Positions 60,141-64,000 of a stretch of DNA of 64,000 bases are shown piece by piece. The stretch comes from Phoronis australis (lineage: Eukaryota > Animalia > Phoronida). The notes under the pieces were generated by a model. That model searched no databases and was not told the origin of the DNA. It saw nothing but the letters and a program-made list of their open reading frames with translations. A program made the translations under genes and the position numbers. Positions within the stretch are counted from its first letter, which is position 1; each line of letters opens with the position of its first letter. Location of the stretch: contig NMRA01000359.1 in the NCBI GenBank assembly GCA_002633005.1, positions 145,430 to 209,429 of the forward strand, in the 5' to 3' direction.

Positions 60141-60961
60141 TGGGACTACCGCACGACATTCGTTCATGTCCGAAGCTAGTCATTGAAGGTCGCACTGTAA
60201 AAGCCGCGCTGTCCCGTGGTAGACTAAAGTTATTCGAGACTTATCATTCATCTCTGTAAGACAAGATAAAGATGAAGTCATATATACATATCATAGATTA
60301 TTCTTTCCAGGTTTTACTGATTAATGTGGTATTTTCTCACCGGCATATTCCAAAGTCGAGGGTAGTTTTGAAAACAGAATTACACGAGATGGAGCAGTGT
60401 AATGAATGCGTAGATAGTGGGGAGGTGTGGCGCGTCCTGTTAAAATACTTGATTATTTATACTCAGCCAAATCTTCCAGTTTCCGCTGAGAATACGTGGA
60501 GTGATGAGGCTAAGTGTGTCGGCGAAGCGCACGTGTTTGGGTACATTGTACCCATATTGTATCAGGATCTCCTTCGAGATATTATTTGCTCAAGAGTTAT
60601 GTAACGTTGTGCTTTAATCTAGATGCTTTTTAGTAAGCAAATTGTCAACATATGCGACAGTGTCTTAATGAATAAGCACGCAGCTCATTGGATCCACGTT
60701 TTATAATAATAATATAAATTCAATGTTATTTTGTATTTTGAATTGTGTATGTTTTTCATGAGTTGCTCATTTTTTTATTCTAGATGTCTCAGCCATTGTC
60801 ACCCGTACTATTGTACAGTGGTGGTTTTTATTTCATCTTTGTAATGAGCTGATCTCTGTGATGTATTTGTCCAAGACAATAAATTGATTGCTATTATAAA
60901 ATATTTTTATTTGAATGAAATCTAGTGCTGCATTTTGAATAAATGAAAATGAGCTGAAAGT

Positions 60962-61200
60962 TAATCAGTCAATCAGTTTATTTACAAAAGCATTAAAGGT
61001 CTTGGCCCACATATAACACAACATACTAGATACAAAAGAGCTGACAGTTTAAAAGTCTGGAGATTTTTCTAAAAAGGCGATGATATATAGAAGTCAAAAC
61101 AATGACATTTGTGAAATGCTACGATCATATTCGGTGGGCAGTAGTGCAATGAAATTTAAATTTAAACGCAAGCAACGTAATGCACTCAATTTCGTAAAAA
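60962..61200 (-). mobile_element. Degenerate LINE 3' end
   Basis: The minus strand ends ...TGCTTTTGTAAATAAACTGATTGACTGATT (short-repeat tail). Upstream remnants HKCHCFDF..RKNLQTFKLSALL resemble RTE-X-type C-termini. Confidence 0.4.
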
Positions 61201-61667
61201 AAGCCTGTGTTTCAAGTCAGCCCGATAGCATGAAGTGTCCATGTCGTCACTATTTGAATTCAAGGATACCAAACCCGGTTTTTGCCTATCACTAGACACT
61301 AAAAACGACTTTTCCATCCGTAACCCTCGACAATCCTCAAAAGTTTGGAGGAAATATGAAAATTCCTTTCTAAGTCTGNGGGGTCTGTGCAGGCCAGTTG
61401 ACACGGACAGCCGGCTGACTGCCCGAGAACTTTCGCCGTAAGAATTGAAGGTTGATTTGTCCTTGCCAGGTAAAAGACACAACTGACGATGTAATATGCG
61501 CTTAGATTGAATCGACACTCACCTGCTCCTTTAAGTAACATGCATGCATATTTGAAGAACATATAGGGTTTTTAAAAAGTCCTTTCAGTTTTTTTCGGCC
61601 AAAAGCACACGGCCCAGTCATGTACCCGCAATTGCACCCAATAGGTGCCGCTGTATTATGGGCACAT

Positions 61668-61677
61668 GTCACGTGAC
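61668..61677. promoter_or_regulatory. Perfect CLEAR/E-box palindrome GTCACGTGAC about 200 bp upstream of the ATG13 start codon
   Basis: Read directly from the sequence; matches the TFEB/MITF CLEAR consensus. Confidence 0.7.
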
Positions 61678-61877
61678 AACCTGAAAAGAAAACATGGAAG
61701 TGAAAATGTGATGTTTTGTGTCGATGGCTTTGAGAACACAGGCCGGTGGACTCTGATGTTGTCCCTGAAATGTGTCTTGAACTGGTATATCAGTGTACGA
61801 TGAGCTAAGGAGACTTGTAGCTTGAGAATCTGTAGCATAAATCTTCTAATTGATCGCTGGGCGCCCAACCCGTGAGG

Positions 61878-64000
61878 ATGAAGAGTTCAGACAAAAAGGA
61901 TTTGGAGAAGTTCACTAAATTTCTTGTTTACAAAAGCATGCAAATTGTTGTTCAGAGCCGCTTAGGCGAGAAAGTCGAGACGAAATCAAAAGCTGGATCA
62001 TCTGGAGCTGACTGGGTATGGGTTTCGTTTGGCTTGTGAAAAAGTATAAGTTAAAATCTGACAAATACAAGGAGTTTCGTGCATTCAATTATCATGTGCT
62101 ATGTTGCATGGAAAGTGGTTCATAAAATCTGGGCAGATTTTACCATGCTAACATGAATGTCACCTTCAAAATATACTAGCTTTTTGTTCAATGCTTGAAT
62201 GTGACATATGGCACTGTGTGGTCGGATATAGTGGTCCCTGATTTTGAGAACCAGGCAATTGCTAAATAACGGGCTCGTTCGTTATCCAATATCGATGAAA
62301 CTGGTTATCAAAATCAGGGACCGCTGTATCCGATCAGTGCAGTAACATATCCCAGCAGTTTTGCCAGTTTTTTGTGTAACTGGTGCAATATTGCCTGCTG
62401 GTGAGTCACATTGTACTTGACTACACCTAACCAGTTATCTTGTACTTTCAAAATTCTAGACCTTAAAGTGTACACAACATGACTCTAGTACCTCAAAATA
62501 AATTTTATTATTATATCTTACTAGATTTCAGTGCCTTTAGTGCACAGCTCATAAATAAACACGCAAAAATTGAAAAAAATAATAATTATGTACAACGTCA
62601 TGGGTTGAACCCAATTCGTTCGCCATACTGTTCGGATCAGAGACAAAGTGTATAGAGTGAAGAGAAAGCAAAGTACATTTAGCGTCGAGAAGGTTCGTAG
62701 AGGGATCAAGAGATGTATTTCCGGAGGCTGCAGCAACAGCAGCCAGGCGGAGAACATCTCGGTGTTCCGAAGGACACCAAAGTTGCGCAGAAGTGGCATC
62801 GCTTCGTGCGCCGAACGAGAGTGTGGGACGTCATCGTGGACCAAGTGATTCGGTCCGGGGCCACTCTGTGTTCTGCCCACTTTGAGGGCTCGTGTTTCGA
62901 CTCCAGTCACAGGAGACGTTACGATGAAGGACTGGTTCAATAAAGGACAACATTTATCATTCAGAAACATCAGCTCTTAATTAAGGATCGTATGTTGGAT
63001 TACTGGGTTGACTTGCCGAACCCGAGGTCGCTTCTCTCGCGGGAGGATCCAGTTCGTAAGGCTCAAAGTAGAAAAGTACGCTGCCGGAAGTACATTAAAC
63101 TTATTCTCGCTTTCGTGCAACCCCATTTCCTCATCCTGGCCACCATTCCCGTACGTTTCTTCATAGTATTCGTTCAATTCTTGCTCATAATCGTCGTCGC
63201 TTTCAAATTCCCTGCTCTCCGCCATTGTGCAATGCTAGTCACTGATCTCTTGTGTTCAACCCATGACGTCACATGGCGGGAAATGTGAAAATTGGCAAAA
63301 TTGAAAGAAAAATCAAAATTTTGAGCTAATTACACAAAATAAACATGGGTTTAGCTAAAGTTTACGTCATACATTTAGTCTGTGGCCACCGGTAATTTAA
63401 AATGTGCAAAAATCCATGGTGTGTACTGTTTAAAGCAACAGTTGCCAAGTGGCAAAAATGGGTACCTACTATGTAGGCCTTTCCAAACCAACCCCTAACC
63501 CTGTATCTGACTTTCCTGGTTTTATGCTTTACCATTTTTAAACTGCTTTATTTTTTAGTTCAACTTGAACATCCGTGACATATCAGATGTCACCACGGAA
63601 ACAAAGCGAGTATTGGCTGGACAGCTGTTGACCAATGGTCAAGCGGTGTGCCTAGAGATCTCCTTGAAGACGGCAGAGGGCGAAACCATGGTATTAGAAC
63701 AGTGGGTGCTCAGTATGAACCCACCAACTGACCCTGTTTCTAGGGTGTCCTACACAATCTACAATAGGATGGGGACACTACTGAAGTCTCTATTTTGCGT
63801 TACCCGTGTTGTTCCTGGTTACAAACTGTCTCGTAAACAAGGCCAAGATTCCTATGTCATTTGCTACAGGCTTTACTTAGGAGAACCTCAACTCAACTCT
63901 CTGGGATCAGGAAGTGGCAAGCGAACCATTGGATCAGTGGCGACGCCTGTTGGTACTATTACTTTGAGTGTGGCGTACCGTACCAAGTTGTTAATATCTC
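61878..64000 (+). CDS. ATG13: Autophagy-related protein 13, N-terminal HORMA domain (partial; runs off the window)
   Basis: Exon 61878-62015 MKSSDKKDLEKFTKFLVYKSMQIVVQSRLGEKVETKSKAGSSGADW; exon 63559-64000+ FNLNIRDISDV..CLEISLKTAEGETMVLEQW..VSYTIYNRMGTLLKSL..TRVVPGYKLSRKQG..TPVGTITLSVAYRT. Confidence 0.96.
62222..62333. repeat. 112-nt near-perfect hairpin (MITE-like) in ATG13 intron 1
   Basis: TCGGATATAGTGGTCCCTGATTTTGAGAACCAG / CTGGTTATCAAAATCAGGGACCGCTGTATCCGA (30/33 complementary) plus an inner ATAACGGGC/GTTCGTTAT stem. Confidence 0.85.
62463..63433. mobile_element. Internally deleted TTAA-flanked Kolobok-like transposon with a frameshifted THAP domain (+) and a convergent acidic KolX-like ORF start (-)
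   Basis: TTAA-AGTGTACACAACATG ... CATGGTGTGTACTGT-TTAA (12/15 TIR match). THAP fragment CISGGCSN..SVF/PKD..KWHRFVRRTR..LCSAHFEGSCF at 62714-62898. Minus ORF from 63225 MAESREFESDDDYEQE..., which after a small duplication reads YFEPYELDPP. Confidence 0.8.

Noticed and set aside
62713-62943. Host THAP-domain gene
   Set aside because: Frameshifted, truncated and enclosed by TIRs with TTAA duplication; a transposon relic.

Overview
Eukaryotic, intron-rich, AT-rich DNA from an animal, most likely a marine invertebrate bilaterian (inference from gene and repeat content). It is not prokaryotic and there is no CRISPR array. Splicing by eye at GT-AG sites with consistent phases gives six protein-coding genes. 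(1) A 20-exon mesh/SUSD2-family NIDO-IPT-AMOP-VWD-Sushi-TM protein (-, 31380->2516, about 1239 aa). (2) A 9-exon SYCE1-like synaptonemal-complex gene almost invisible to the ORF track (+, 33545-39632, 225 aa). (3) EFHC2 (-, 46825->40080, 749 aa). (4) CMC4 (+, 47254-50768, 68 aa, head-to-head with EFHC2). (5) A TEX26-like gene (+, 55286-60140, about 367 aa) with an intronic tRNA-Ser(TGA). (6) The 5' part of ATG13 (+, 61878 to window end). Introns hold TTAA-flanked Kolobok-like transposon relics, several MITE families, foldback structures and LINE 3' ends. Three apparent tandem duplications are each joined by a single N and are most likely allelic assembly artefacts. I found no convincing wholly new system. 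The best leads are the hidden SYCE1 orthologue, a synonymously diverged twin SYRYATAD motif in the mesh cytoplasmic tail, the split-logic EFHC2/CMC4 bidirectional promoter, and Kolobok relics carrying THAP and KolX-like fragments. All homology calls rest on recalled family sequences, not on database searches.
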